Source of the DNA: Sphaerodactylus townsendi
Lineage: Eukaryota
Length of the DNA stretch: 64,000 bases
Direction of reading: 5' to 3'
Assembly: GCF_021028975.2 (NCBI RefSeq)
Contig: NC_059429.1
Location: 38,998,001-39,062,000, forward strand
Shown piece by piece: positions 36,287 through 49,906 of this stretch. The notes below the pieces were generated by a model. It saw only the letters and a program-made list of their open reading frames with translations, had not been told where the DNA came from and did not search any database. A program made the translations under genes and the position numbers. Numbering within the stretch: the first letter of the stretch is position 1; every line of letters starts with the position of its first letter.

Positions 36287-39074
36287 TTTTATGGGGATAT
36301 ATACACAGAGATTGTGCTCCTCTGCATATAATTTGTGCAGTTCATATGCATATTCTTTTAACATTCCTGCAAAAATATATGTATAAAACATTTTGTATTC
36401 TCCTTATTGTATGTATTGATTTTTAATATATAATTGTATTCATGTCTTTTAAAGCTTTGTTGGTTTTCAGGTTTTATAATCTACTTCGTCTGTAAGAAAG
36501 GTGGGCTATAAATGAAGTAAATCCATTGATACACAATGCTGGTGATGTTGCAATGTTAGGAAGTGTTATAGGAAGGTGTTGATAGGCTGGTTGAATTCCT
36601 GTCTGCTGTGATGTGGCTGAAGCAGTTGGGTGAGGCTTTGGGCAGTGAAGTTTTGTCGCTGTGTCAGCACATGAATGCTTCAATCACATCACCTCTCTCT
36701 TCCCACTCGCTGGCTTGGAAGAACGTATTATTAACAGTCATTAAATATTTTATTGGAGGAACAACTTAGGCTCTAATCCTTTTGCACCAGCTCATGTACA
36801 AATTGAAAACAATTAGACAGTTCCTGCCCTGCAGAGCTTCCACAGTAATGTGCTATTTCTGTTATAGCATGGACCTTTCCTTGCATTCTGATTCTGCCAA
36901 CTGCATGACAATGCTCTAAAGGTTATTCTTTACTGAAAGTGAAGATACATATCAAAGTCCCATTTATTTAAAGAGAAAAATCATTTTCTCCCCCTCTTAG
37001 ATAAGGGGAGATATTTGCCCCAGTCTTTAAGGAATGCAGTGATATTCCGCCACAAAACTGGGCAGGCAAGAGGCTGTGCTACACTGCTGCTCCCCTGTCC
37101 CCACCACAAAAAGCCTTTTCCCTGTCACCATCAATGCTTCCCTGGCTAGACCACATCTATATCTGTCTTCCCAGCTGGCTTGATCTTTTTTACTTCTAGC
37201 CAGTGAGCCATCAACAGACCAGATGGCCCCCCACAAAAAAAGCTGGCAGGCAACCTCCCAAAAGGCAGGCTGGTGGGCTGGTGGGCAAAATGGCAGATTG
37301 GCCCAGATGCCAATAAAGGGGAGGGGGAAGGAGAATGAAAACAAAACATCTTCAATTAAGGGCATAATTTATAAGTATTGGCCTTTAATACAAGATTTAC
37401 TAGAATGTAACTTACACACACACACACCCTCCCTCCCTCCCTCCCTCCCTCATGGGATTAAGGAAAACCAAGAATCTGGGTGACATCCTAATCAGGGCTG
37501 ACATCAGGGCCCAACCTAAGAAAAATATCCAATGAGGCAAAGGGTATTTCAGATGTGACAAGCATGTGGAACATCCCTGTTACTATTGAATCCAAAGAAC
37601 TTGCCTTTCCTGACCAAGGCTTTTCAAAGAAACTTATCAGGCTCTCTAATTGTAATACTGAAAATGTAATTTACTATGTAAGATGAGAATGCAGTTTATT
37701 GTACATTGGGCAAATGTCTAGCAAGTTAAAAGTGAATATGTTGGAACATATTTCGCACATCAGAAATCTGAATAGAGAAGTACCCATGGTTGACCATTTC
37801 ACCCAGAAATGACGTGTTCCTGATTCTCTATGGTTTGGGGTGTTAGCAACAGTCAAGGAGAGCATCGCTTCCATTGACATTCAACAGCAATTGCAGAGAC
37901 TGGAAACTGTTTTCATTTTTCATCTTGGCACTTTGGAGCCAGCCAAACTTAGCCAGAACATGGACTTTTCATGTTCTCTCTGAACAGTTAGCTGCACCTG
38001 GATTCTTTGACCTTTTACATGTAGCCTCCCTTCAAATAACTGGTGTGCTCACTCCTTGCCAAGGACATTTGCGGCAGCTAGAGCTTTGTGAGCAGACTGC
38101 AGTCTTGAATAGTAATTGATTCCTTCCTCTGCCTCTACAGGCAATTCAGACTGCTTTTAGGCAACACTTTACAATGTTTACATATATCTTTGCAGGTTGG
38201 TGAGTTGTTTCCATCATATAGATATTGATTTTACTCTAAGCTTTCGGATATGTAGACATATGGATTACATGTAAGTGCCTTTAATGTTTTTGTTCATACA
38301 TATAGAACCTTATATATTCATTTTTTCTTATCGTATGATTATCTTATTTCATTATGTGTCTAGGTACCACTAGCCTTGTGAAGAGAAAACGAGACTGGTT
38401 TACATCCAGATTCTGGTTAGCTCAGTGGGCCTACATTGATTTATGCATTTTTCTTGTTTTCTTGTTCACAGTGTTTGAATTCTAATCATTGTATTTGAAT
38501 CCACTATTCTTTATGTTTGATTGAGACATATAAAAATAATATCAGAGAATTCTTCTGAAGATTGTTGTAAAACTTTATTGCAACTAGACAGCTATTGCTA
38601 TGAGCCCTTTACATTATATTCTCCGTTTGCTAATTTATTATTGTTTGGTAATTTATTATTGCACTGAGACCCATTATCATGGGAGATTCTGGATAGCTAC
38701 TGCCAGCCAGAGTAGGCAATCTTGAGCTACAATTTACAACAGTCCAGCTCAGTATAATGAACTAAATATGGTTCTTATTGATTTGCAGGGGTACTCTCCT
38801 CTCCAGTAGATACTCTCGGTTCTGGTTTGCATGAAAATCCATGCATTCCCCCATTCACAATAAAATTATTGAAACACACTCCCAAAACACATAACATGTC
38901 TTTGAAAGAAGAGAGAAACCTGTACAAAATATTCAGTGCTTGAGTCAAGCTAACCTGAAGTACTACTAATGCATTAATTTGTCGAGGGAGCGTGTGTGGA
39001 TTGCTAGAACAGATGAAATCTGGAATAGGTTCTTGGTGCCATTTTCATTTTCATAGTGAAGCTGGAGAGTGATA

Positions 39075-39290
39075 GGGTGTTGAGGGTTTTCTGGGTTGTA
39101 TGGCTGCGTTCCAGTAGCATTTTCTCCTGACGTTTCACTTGCATCTGTGGCTGGCATCAGACCCTCTGAAGATGCCAGCCACAGATGCAGGCAAAACATC
39201 AGGAGAAAATGCTACTGGAACACAGCCATACAACCTGGAAAACCCTCAACACCCTACTGATTTCGGCCGTGAAAGCCTTTGACGATACAT
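39075..39290. mobile_element. Penelope-like element terminal repeat in an inverted (hairpin) arrangement
   Basis: Arms gggtgttgagggttttc...ggcatc and gatgcc...gaaaaccctcaacaccc; flanking direct repeat tggagagtgata/tggagcgtgata; decayed hammerhead core. Confidence 0.75.
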
Positions 39291-41829
39291 TGGAGCGTGA
39301 TACACTGCAACTGAGAAGCTTGGCTAAAAGTACATAGCTTAAAGTAGTGAAAGAGGAACCATGAATGTCATTTAAAAGAATGCATAGAATACTCTGCTGA
39401 CAGTAGCAGTGGTCCTTCAAGCACCTGAAGTTGTGGGGATTGAGTTTAAAGGGACCTGAGCATTGTAACAGATACTAGGGAATATATTTAAGAACCTCTA
39501 GCTCAGAATATTTCCTTATTTGGTCAATAAGACACTGGGAATTTGAAAAAAGAAACATTTTCAGTTTACTTATTAGATCTCTAGTGTCCAAAGATACAAT
39601 TGACTGGTCTAGCGAAACAGAAAATTGCAGGTTGAGCTGAGAAAATGAACTCAGCTTTAGCACATACAAAGGCAAACTTTTTTAGCCACCAACGATAACT
39701 ATAGTAGTTAATCTGCAATTATCAGTACAAACTGATTGACAGAATAACTTCAGCTCCACATTTGTTTTCAAAAATTGAATCTGGCATCTATAAACTGTCA
39801 CCTAATATGTGACAGCTGCACTTATAATGAAGTAAGCTGCACACTTTCATCTTTCAAGAAAACATTGCTATGGCTAATTGTTAAGGCATATTTATGATCT
39901 CCTTGGTAGCGTCAACAGACATGAGTAGCATGAGGCCAGCAGAAATCCTTGTTCTTTCTGCTCTCAAAATACTAGGAATTGTATATCCTATACATTTGGC
40001 TGCAACACCTAAAATATGACATATATTATACCAGGCAAAACAAGCACAGCTTGCCTGCATCCAACTACTCCACTCAGCCAAGTTTGAAGTTTTCTTTTAA
40101 ACTAAGGAGACTTCTTCCAAGTCAAGTGGCTCTTCCTCCAATGGAAATTCCTCCAGTCTCAGGTAGGATGCCATAACCACTGAAGAATGCTGTTTACACA
40201 GGCCACAAACATAAGTGCCTTTCACATGGGGATAAGCTTCTGTGGTTTCACATTGCTCCTGCAGCTGCTTATACAGCATAAGGGCGATCAGGTTCCACTT
40301 GGGAGGTTTTCCTCCATTTTCCCCACCACAATTCTCTGCAGAGGCCTTTTCCAAATGCCATTAGGGCAACTAGCAATTGCCAATTAATATATTGTGATAG
40401 TGTTATAATATTGTAACAAACTCCCAGAGAACCTGATAGATGGTTATGATGTTATAACATTATAGTAAAACGTTAAGTGCTGATTTAAAAGCAAAAACCC
40501 TCGGGCAGTGGGAAAAGTGACTACTACAGGGTACCAGGCTGGGAAACTGAAACAAATATGAACTGGACTTTGTGTGAGTGGGACCTAGAAGATTTGGACT
40601 TTCCCAACTGTATAGATGCTCAAAACACCTTTCCCAGAACATTCCATAAAAGCAGATTTGAGAAAACCTGCAGGAAAGAACTCTCCGGAGGTACATAGAA
40701 GCACCTTGATGCTATGGGGAAGTGGCGGAAAACAAGTCTTATCATCCAAGCTGTGGCAAACCTTCCATGTATAAGTAACCATAGAAAATTCAACTATGGA
40801 AATAGGACTGTACCCTTGAGAAAGCATGTGTGAAGACTCTGTCAAGACCTGCTAATATTTCAGCTTTTCCCTGGTTCTTGCCATGAAATTATGGGGTGGG
40901 GGGCAGTGGACAGGATCAAGTAGTAATGTGGGAATGCAGGCATCTCTGACTTGTTTTATTTTGCTTTAGGTGCACAGTAACTTTCTTATTCTCTGGGGCT
41001 GGCCACCTGCTTTACCTCTGGGGTGACCTTGGAGACTATGCACTGCTTGGAAATGCTGTTAGTGATTTCACCCTGCTGGGATCCCAAGGGTGGGGACTGG
41101 AAGGATGTATGAGGAAAATATATTAACCAAGAAATGCTGTAGTTTCAGCAAAGCCTGCTTGCATGTTGTTTGTGATATCTTGACAATAAACTAATTTCTG
41201 AACTCAAGAGTTTGGTATTGTAGATCCTGACATAATGAAAAATGTGGTGGTGCTAAAACTGTAATTTACAGAACCATACAACGGAATCTGGAATGGATCA
41301 CCAAAGATAAATTAATCCTGACTCTTGGATGAATCATACTAATATACTGAGTTACACCCTTTTAAGTCTATTGTAGTCAATGTATGGGTGTAACACTGCT
41401 TAGGATTGCACTAAATTCCATTTCCAAAATGGCTAAACTAAAAGTATCACTGAGGTGATCATTGAAATATGTTCCTCCATTCCTCTTTGGAATGAGTTTA
41501 CCATTTCCCTTTATATCTTGCACCATATATCCAAAGAACAATGATTTTTAGCATAACCTTGGACAATTGATCTATAATATTCAGTAGTGAGGAAATTACT
41601 AAACAGTATATATATAATAGAATGGGCAACCTTTCATTTGATAACCTTTTCAGAGTTCATTGAAGGAGGACAGTTTGACCTACCTGTGCCAGTAGTGTGA
41701 CAAGGGGAATGCAACTTCCCCCACCCCTAGCCACAGCAAACTGGTCATTAAATATTTTAATCCCACCGCTGGAAGTTCGGAACCGGTTGTTAAATTATTT
41801 GAATCCCACCACTGCTGATACTCCTAGAT

Positions 41830-42150
41830 TGTTTGGTGGCTTTCGATACTATCAACTATGGTATTCTTCTGGAGTTGCTGATGAAGCTGGGAGTAGAGGA
41901 CAGTGCACTGGAGTCCTTCCACTCCTACTTGGAGGATCATCTCCAGAAAAAAGGGCTTGGGGAATATTGTTCAGTCCCATCCCTGTGGTTTCGCCAGTGT
42001 GGAATTCCTCAGGGGTCTGCTTTATTTAACATCTATATGAAATCACTGAATGACATCATCCAGAGTTTTGGAGTGTGTTGTCATCATTATGCTGACAACA
42101 CGCAGCTCTATTTCTCCTTTTCATCAGTGGCATGTGAGGCTGGGGATGTG
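41830..42150 (+). mobile_element. L2-clade LINE RT fragment
   Basis: AFDTINYGILL...GIPQGS..LFNIYMKSL...YADNTQLYFSF motifs. Confidence 0.8.
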
Positions 42151-45100
42151 CTAAGCCACACACACGCATGTTGGGGAGAATTAGACAAAAGTTTTTATTG
42201 ACTACAGCTTCAGGAGCACTGAAACAGCATGGGGATGGATCCCAGATTGGGTGACCTGCCTGCCAGCTGATACTACCTCATCTCTCCAGCCAGGGGAATA
42301 GCATGGAGTGGCAAGCCCAGGATCCACGTAGGCATTAGCTGCTGCGTAGTTCCCTTGCCATCTGGTGTTGATAGCCAGCCTGCCCCTGAACTGGTCAAGC
42401 TGCTGAGCTGCATCACCCCCAAGACCCCTTAGGGGTCCCCAAAATGAGGGAAATGGGAACACAGGCATGACCCTCCCCAAATGGATCTGTCTCAATGCAC
42501 AAACTACCACAAGACAGGGGCCACCTTGCTGATTTTACTTTTGTCCTGTCTGGTCCACCCTGTCTGGTGAAACGGCGGTGTGCCATTCACATTTCTTGAG
42601 CAGTTCTGACCAAAACAGCCCTGTATTTGGGTGTCAATATATAGCATGTGCAAAAAGAAAAAAAGATGGCAGTGGTACGTTGCAGTCTCTGCAGTGATAA
42701 AAGTGCTGGTAGAATTAATTTACCATATCAAGTGCAAGGGAAAACTCAACCAGTAGTGTACTGCTAATCGGGACATGGGGTATCCCGTGTCCCGGGCGCA
42801 TGCCATTTGATCATGGGGGGGCACTGTGCGCTGGCTCCCTCTGTGCTGCTCAAGTGGGTGCCGCAGTCACAGGCTTACTCCTGCACTCCCTGGCCTCCCT
42901 GCTGACAGGGAGGCCGGCTGTGGTTGCGGCAGCTGCCTGAGCCAACTGCTGCCAAGTTGCAACTGAGGGCCAGCTCCTGCTCGAGAGCCGGCCTCCCTGT
43001 CAACAGGGAGGCTGGGGAGGCAGGAGCTGGCCTCAAGTGCCTGCCTGAGCTGTGAGCTGCAGCTGCAGGCTAGCTCTTGGACAGAGCCAGCCTATGGCCA
43101 TGGCTCAGCACCAAGCAATTCAGGGGGTGGGGGCTCTGCCAGCTCAAAGAGCAGCCTGGCAGGGCTGGGCTAAGGGGCAGCTGCCGCCAGGACCGCTGCC
43201 ACTGGAGCAACTGGAGGGACCACCACCACTGGAGCAGCCACCAGCTAAAGTAAGTGGGGTGTAGAGGGTGGGGGTGGTGCAGAGGCAGTGGTGGGATGGG
43301 GGGGGGTCCCCAGAGCAGGTGTTGCTCCAGGGTGCCATTTCCCCCCGGTACTCCTCTGAACTCAGCTGAGAAAAGGCTGAGAAAAAGCAGGGGAAAGCAA
43401 CCCAACCGGAAGCAAATTTGCGAGAGCATTTCAACTGGAAGTGGGACAGCGACAGAGAAAATGCAAAACAGAAGCAGCCTGTGCGTGTGTGCTCCTCAAC
43501 TCCAAGGGATTTATTGGGCTGACCAAGCATGTGAATTGGCCTTCAGAGTATTGGTTGAGATAAAAGGTATGGAAAATGCTCACACACTGGGAAGACAGGA
43601 GAAACAAGCATTGTTCATGGACAAGGTGTTTCCCGTGTCAGTGATTCACAGATGGCTGTCGCATGAGCAAAAAGCCCCAGAGGTAATAATTGATCCAGAA
43701 AGGATATGCTGGATTTAAAAATTTCAAAGATCTTCAGATTACCACTCAGTAATATCCAATTAATGGGACAAGTACCAGTGCATAAGTAGTGATGCATTAT
43801 TCTGTTTCAGTGGTAAACTGTTTTGTAAGCTACTAGCTTACCAAGATCTACTAACAGGCAGTAGATCTTCAACACACTTGTGAAACCGGAAAGCAACTAT
43901 TAGCTCCATTTTATACATGTAGAAACTGGACAAAATTTACTGGGTTTATTGCTAAAGATATGTATGGAAGATAATTATGATGAGTCATGATTAGAAAAGG
44001 CTAGTCTTCCTTCCCAAGGGCAGCATCGTTCCAGGGGATACTTGTCTTTTCACACATGGCATAAAGGCAGGGTTGCTTTGAATGTGACAGAGGATAAGCA
44101 AGTGAACAATACCTGTGCTTCCTGTTCCCTGAATTTCTCCAGAGGAACTTTTTCATTTCATCTTACAGGAAAACGAAGAAATATCCCTATACTAAAAGCC
44201 CTCCTTTCAGTGTGACAAATTACACAACTAGGTGCCACAGCCAGGCATCCCAGGACCTTGCAGTGGCCAGACACTGGCGGATTTCCATCTCTGCCAGGGT
44301 AAGTGCCCCAGGGAGGGCAAATCTGCCGGCATAAGCCTGTGCCACCACCAAGGGGGGTGGGTGGGTTGTCCTGCTCTGGATTGGGCTGTGCATTACATAG
44401 AATTAAGTTCTTATTGGCTTAAATGAGGGGTCAATACTATGCAGGCAAATTTAAGTGTTGGAGTTGCAAGTTAAGCTCATGGGGACTATGTTGCCGGAAA
44501 TGCACAGAGTTCAACTGCCATCCTTAAATTCCTTAAGGTGGCCATTATATCCCTGTAACCCCTTGAATTCTCAAGGGCCAGGTTCAAAGTCTAGGATAAT
44601 TCTAATAAACTCAAAATATAAATCCAATTTATTTAAAAAAAACCAGAAAGCTCTGTCCTGCGGTGGCTGGAGGCAGCATGGCGAAGGTGCTGCCACACCA
44701 CCTACATCAGAGTCTCAGGGAGAAAGGAAAAACCCAAGCCCATCCTTACTACTGAACAGCCTTCCATTGGGTCCAATGGACTTATGCTACCCAAAACCAT
44801 GATGTAACTCCAGGGCTGGGGCTGCAGTAAAACTGGCTGCAAACATGGGATTAAGCTGACTAACATTGGCTCTGCCCCCAGGAACACCCCAGCCCCCTCC
44901 CCCACCAATGCGGGCATCTGTTTCAGATGGCAGTACAGCTCTGCCATGGCTGGGACTTCTGGCTTTGTCGCAAAGGGGCTGAGGGGTGGCTGGGCACTGA
45001 AGTCTCTCCCCCGCCCCATTGGCACGTGTCCCCTTTCTCCTCTTCTCTCAAAGTCTTATTCTGAAACAAAATCTGTGTAACATGAACTTCTTGATTTTAT

Positions 45101-46695
45101 CCTCACAATATCCCATATGAGGTCGGTGATAGGGAAGATGATTTACCTGAGATAACCCCATGAGCTTCCATACAGAGTGAGGATCTGAACTGGGATGCAA
45201 GAACCTGTAACTTTAACCCTCTTAAATATTCAAGGAGCGCTGCCTTATCTCTCTTGGAGTTCTTTTCCTGCTCAAAAACCATGAACAATTCTTTTAAACC
45301 AGTATTAGGTTTGTTTTACTCTTAGTTTTTAAAATTAACCATCGGTATCTGACTTAAGGTAGCTTTTTGTAAAACAATTAGAAAGTGTTCCTCTATGTGA
45401 AGTATTAAATCCCCTTGCAATTTCCCAGAGGCATGAAAAAGCTGCAATTATCCTCTATTGTTTTCTATATTATGGCAAGCTGGAAGAAGGAATGTTAATC
45501 TCTCTTTTAGAAGTCAGTTGCTTAAAATAATTGTCTCTCTCATTAGTTGCCAATTAATATTGTTACAAAGGGTCTACTCCATCCTAGAATGAATGTTTGT
45601 ATGCCATTCTCTTTTTCTTTTTTTGGAAAGCAAACTTTTTTTGGGCATCAATGTTTTTGAACTGATCAACATGACCTAATTGATTAAATTTAATAAGCAG
45701 TTGAGAAGTTTCTTCATGCAGAGACATGCATCTTCCCTCTTCCTTGTGAACAGTCACCTACTCTGCATCCCCATGGATACTGTAAAGAGATTATCTCTGA
45801 GCAAGTAGCATCTGTTAAGTCAACAACAACCAATCATTCTTAGCCATAAATTTAACAAAGGAGTGATCTTCCAGCAGATCACTGAAATGCTCTCTTCTTT
45901 AGCCAGAACGTGCGGCTTATCGATTGCTGAAACAAATCTATAAATACCTGTTCTGAGGAATACATTTTCTTCACCAATCTTCAGTGGGAAAAATCTTCAG
46001 AAAGTTTGTTTTGTTCTGTTCTGTTTTTGCAAAGGAAATTTCCTGTACAGTATGCATTGGCAAAGGTGATTGATCTGATTTGTTGAGCTGGTTAATGTTT
46101 TTAATATGAATAATTTGAATATTTGTTCTCGATGGTGTTGCAACTTTTTGTATTCTGCCTTGAGTTCTTCATGGAAAAGCAAGAATATAAATAAATTGCA
46201 AAATATTGCACATCACAATGTTTTTGATACACGATCATGATATACCACATGTAACGGGACCAAATTCCTAAGTCACAAAGAAATAAAAACAATCCAGGAC
46301 TGTAACAAGATAAGAATCGGCTCGAAAAATCAAATAGAACTAAGCTTCTGTTTCAGTCTCATCTGTGGTCAATGTATTTGATAGCTGTTCTATTCCACAG
46401 AATCACCTATTTGATTTATATTGAAAAATTCGAGTTTTTATACAAGTAATATAAATTTGGATTCCCAGATCATAGCTCAGCACTCTTACCCCTATAAGAA
46501 GAACAATCCCTTTGTCATTCAGGAAAGCACAATTTACAGGATTACTGAACTAATTACATTCTGATCTACAAATGTCATTTGATTTACTAAGAAACTGAAT
46601 TTAATCTGTTGCAGAAGAAAGAAGGGTTAGAATGACTTAAAGTGTGCTATACTGGCAGATAAATTGTTTAGTATTTGCTATCCTTTCAGAATGAA

Positions 46696-47702
46696 CTAGC
46701 GGGGCCCAGCCACGCGTTGCTGTGGCTTATTGTGGTGAAATGGAAAAGGAACAGTAGCAGCAAATCAATTGCAGAGGCCAGCAGTATGTGCTCATGCAAA
46801 CACGCAGCCTGATACTGTGTGATGTCATTGATGTGTGTGCCCGCATTCCTTGCAGGGGGGGGGGGATGGAAAGGCACCCCTTCCACACATCTAGGCTGGC
46901 TGGTCATGATCCTTTACCTGGGAGTAAGTGTGGTTGGTGGCAATGGGTGTTGCTTCTGAGGAAACCCTCTGAGGGGCGCGACGCAGCCATTCAAAGTATG
47001 TCACAGTTGCTGTACCGAGTTTACTCCTGAGTAATGTGTGCCTGGTTTTCTTAACTGTAACCGCAGTATTCAGGGAATCTAGGGTGCCTGGCCCCTCCCT
47101 CCCATCCCTTGCATGTTGCCCCTCACTTATCTTCCCTTGCATGCCACCCCTCCCCCTCCTTCCCTTCCCTTTCCCTCCGTTAGGGTGGGTGGGTCATATC
47201 AAGATGCTGGGCCCCCTGCCTCCCCTCCTTTGCATGCCACCCCTCACTGTCTCCCCTCTCTCACTTCTCTTCCCTTGCATGCCTCCCCCTCCATCCCTTC
47301 CCTCTCCCTCCCTCTCTTCCCTTGCATGCCACCCCTCCCTCCCTCTCCCTCCCTTCCCTCTCCCTCGTGTGTATGTGTGTGTATGTGTTTCACTTCCACT
47401 AGAGTTACTGCCTATGTACTGTTTTCACTGCTCATATCTGGCCGTCTGAGTGAACATTCTAAGCAGCACGAACATTCTAAGGGTGACAGTTACACACAGG
47501 CAGCTGCATGTCCTTCACCATGGAGTGCCAAGAAAAAGGCGTTTTACCTGGGCCAGGTGTGAAATTTCAGGTATGTGAACATCTAAAAACACTCTCGCCT
47601 GGCTGACTATAGTGGCTGAGAATTTTCAGAGGAATTGGCCCAGCAGTTACTGAGGTATACTGTCATCAACAAAAAACACTGTTAGCTTTTTGTATATATA
47701 GA
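46696..47702 (-). mobile_element. Non-autonomous Helitron (~1 kb) with an internal pyrimidine-rich minisatellite
   Basis: Minus strand a|TCTATATATAC...GCCACagcaacgcGTGGC hairpin...CTAG|t, i.e. inserted between A and T with no TSD. cccttgcatgcc repeats at 47090-47365. Confidence 0.85.
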
Positions 47703-48188
47703 TTGGTTGTAATCAGGTGCTTTTGCAAAATGGATTTAAAAACCTTTCAGTGGAGGAGGAGATATGTCTTCTGTGTCACTTTTTGAGAGTTTGTGTAAAG
47801 TTACTATATCTCAGTTTCTTCTTCTGTGAACTGAGAACAGACACCTATGAATGTCATAAGGCTGTTGGAGACGCCTCATTAACTTTTAAAGAAATGGGTT
47901 GCAGATGATGATTCACACACACAGTTTATTATTTTGGCTATGAAGGTTGTTACAGAATTATGATGACATCATAATCACCACAGCAGGTAAAATTAGCCAA
48001 TTAACACTGAAAGGAATTTTTAAACTATCCATCCTTTCAAAAGCAGCTCAGCGCAGAAATTCAGTGGGAGGAGATATTTTCTTGACCAGTCTGGTAATAA
48101 GATTTTACTGTCTTCCCTTAAGTGCTTAATTTTATATCCTCTGAAACATTACACATGACGTTTCAGATCCAGTCATCTCACAGCTCAA

Positions 48189-49574
48189 TCCCTATATATG
48201 AATGAGTAAGGGTTGGAATGTGAGAGACTCACCTTCCAACCTGCTTCCTCACACCTGCCATTGCTGCCCCACCAGCCCTGTCAGCCCCCTCCTCATTCCC
48301 CTGCCTGCCTGCCTTCTCCCAATCCCAAACACCAAGCCCGGTGGTGTATATAGGATCAGGTCACCTTCCCTGTTTTCCATGCCATACAGGGCTTGGGAAA
48401 CAAGGAGGGGGATAACAACATCCTGATCTTCCATGCAGGACTCAGATAGCTGAGCCCCACATGAAGGATCAGGGCCCCTTCCTTGTTTCCAGGGGCGTAC
48501 CACCCAGGGGAACATATGGGGGCAAATGTCCCTCAGTTCTGGCCATTTAGTAAAATGTGGGGGGCGTAAAATTGCCCCCACACCCCTGGGTGAGGCGCTG
48601 CAGGGCGGGGAAGCCACAGCAACAGTGCAGTTTTTCCAGCAGCAGCTGTTTTTAGAGCCTGCTGCTAATTCAGCTGCAGGAACAAACTTTTCCTGTCTCC
48701 TCCTGCTGCTATGTCGGCCGTGGAGGAGTCACAAGGTGCCAGGTTGCCGCAGCTAAGGTTAACCCCCCTTTGTGCCTTCTCTTTCTCCACTTCCTAAGAC
48801 GACCTCACCCTGGAGCTAAATATACCCCCCAATCTTGCCTTCCCCTGGTTGGACCCTGCCTTTTGGCAGCCTCCCAGAGCTGCCAACCCAGCTTCTCCTC
48901 CCCCATGGCGGGAAGGTGCCCACCTCCACCAGTGAGCACTTTGTCCTTTTGGGGACAAAGGTCATTGACCCCCCCCCCTAATTTCTTCTTCTCCATGACC
49001 CCACCACCTTCTGTTTGCTTTTTTGCTGTGTGACTTTTGGGGCTGTTTGGGGGGTGGGGGTGGGCAGGTGCATGCGTGGCTGCTTGCAAATTCAGAGAGG
49101 CTGCATGCATATCCTTGGCTGAGCATTTGGAAAAGAGACCCTATGATCCTAATGGTTTTTTGGGGGGAGGGGGCTATAATCTGGAAAGAAGTGGGAGGAA
49201 GTTATTTCCCAAGTTATTTCAGGAAGGGGTTGTGGTGGGGGAGGGTGGCCACCCATGGGGGGGGGGGCTGGAAAACTCAGATTTTGCCCTGGGCTACATT
49301 TTCCCTAGATATGCCTCTGCCTGTTTCCCAAGCTGAGCAAAGCTGTAGAAACAAGGAGGAGGGGAAAAGCAGCCCTATCCTCCATAAGGGGCTCAGCTAT
49401 CTGAGCTCCACATAGAAGAGCCCCACACAGCCTCTTCCCTGTTTTCCGAGCCTTCCCTGTTTCCTGAGCCACGCAAGGCTTGAGAGACAAAGAAGAGGGG
49501 GAATAGCCATATCCTGCTGCTATCTCCCCCTGCATCTAGAACCCATTTTATTTTAAAATGGGCTTTACTGCTAG
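48189..49574 (+). mobile_element. Non-autonomous Helitron containing a nested hAT MITE
   Basis: a|TCCCTATATATG start; 3' hairpin cccatttta/taaaatggg followed by CTAG|t. Confidence 0.7.
48490..49319. mobile_element. hAT MITE nested in the Helitron
   Basis: caggggcgta ... tatgcctctg; TSD cttgtttc/cctgtttc. The right end matches the fragment at 32269-32320. Confidence 0.8.
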
Positions 49575-49677
49575 TGTTATATATATTTGCTTAGAAACTG
49601 CCACTTCTGAGAGATTTCAGAGATTTCCTTAGGTGTCCCATTTACAGGTTTAAAGACAAAAAACAGCATCTTAAATG

Positions 49678-49906
49678 GGTGCTGTGTGGTTTCCAGGCTG
49701 TCAACAGACAAGGTTTCCCCACCCATCCTGGACACTCTAACAGATATATACTCCACTTGCTTTCCCAACATCAGATCCTCTGAAGATGCCAGCCACAGAT
49801 GCAGGCGAAACGTCAGGAGAGAATGCTGCTAGAACATGGCCATACAGCCCGGAAACCACACAGCACCCAAGTGATTCTGGCAGTGAAAGCCTTCGACAAT
49901 ACATTG
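49678..49906 (+). mobile_element. Penelope-like terminal repeat with a short inverted 5' piece
   Basis: 13-bp flanking direct repeat agcatcttaaatg (49665-49677 and 49907-49919); same family as 39075-39290. Confidence 0.8.
49776..49818 (+). ncRNA. Minimal type I hammerhead ribozyme motif inside the Penelope repeat
   Basis: tcct-CTGAAGA-t-gcc(loop)ggc-GAAA-c-GTC-agga: conserved core, stem I tcct/agga, stem II gcc/ggc, palindromic ACGT in place of stem III. Confidence 0.7.

Noticed and set aside
40400-41232. Solo LTR (TG...AATAAA...CA); similar hints at ~54014-54425 and ~62523-63226
   Set aside because: No consistent TSD or boundary could be fixed by eye; it needs a repeat-library search.
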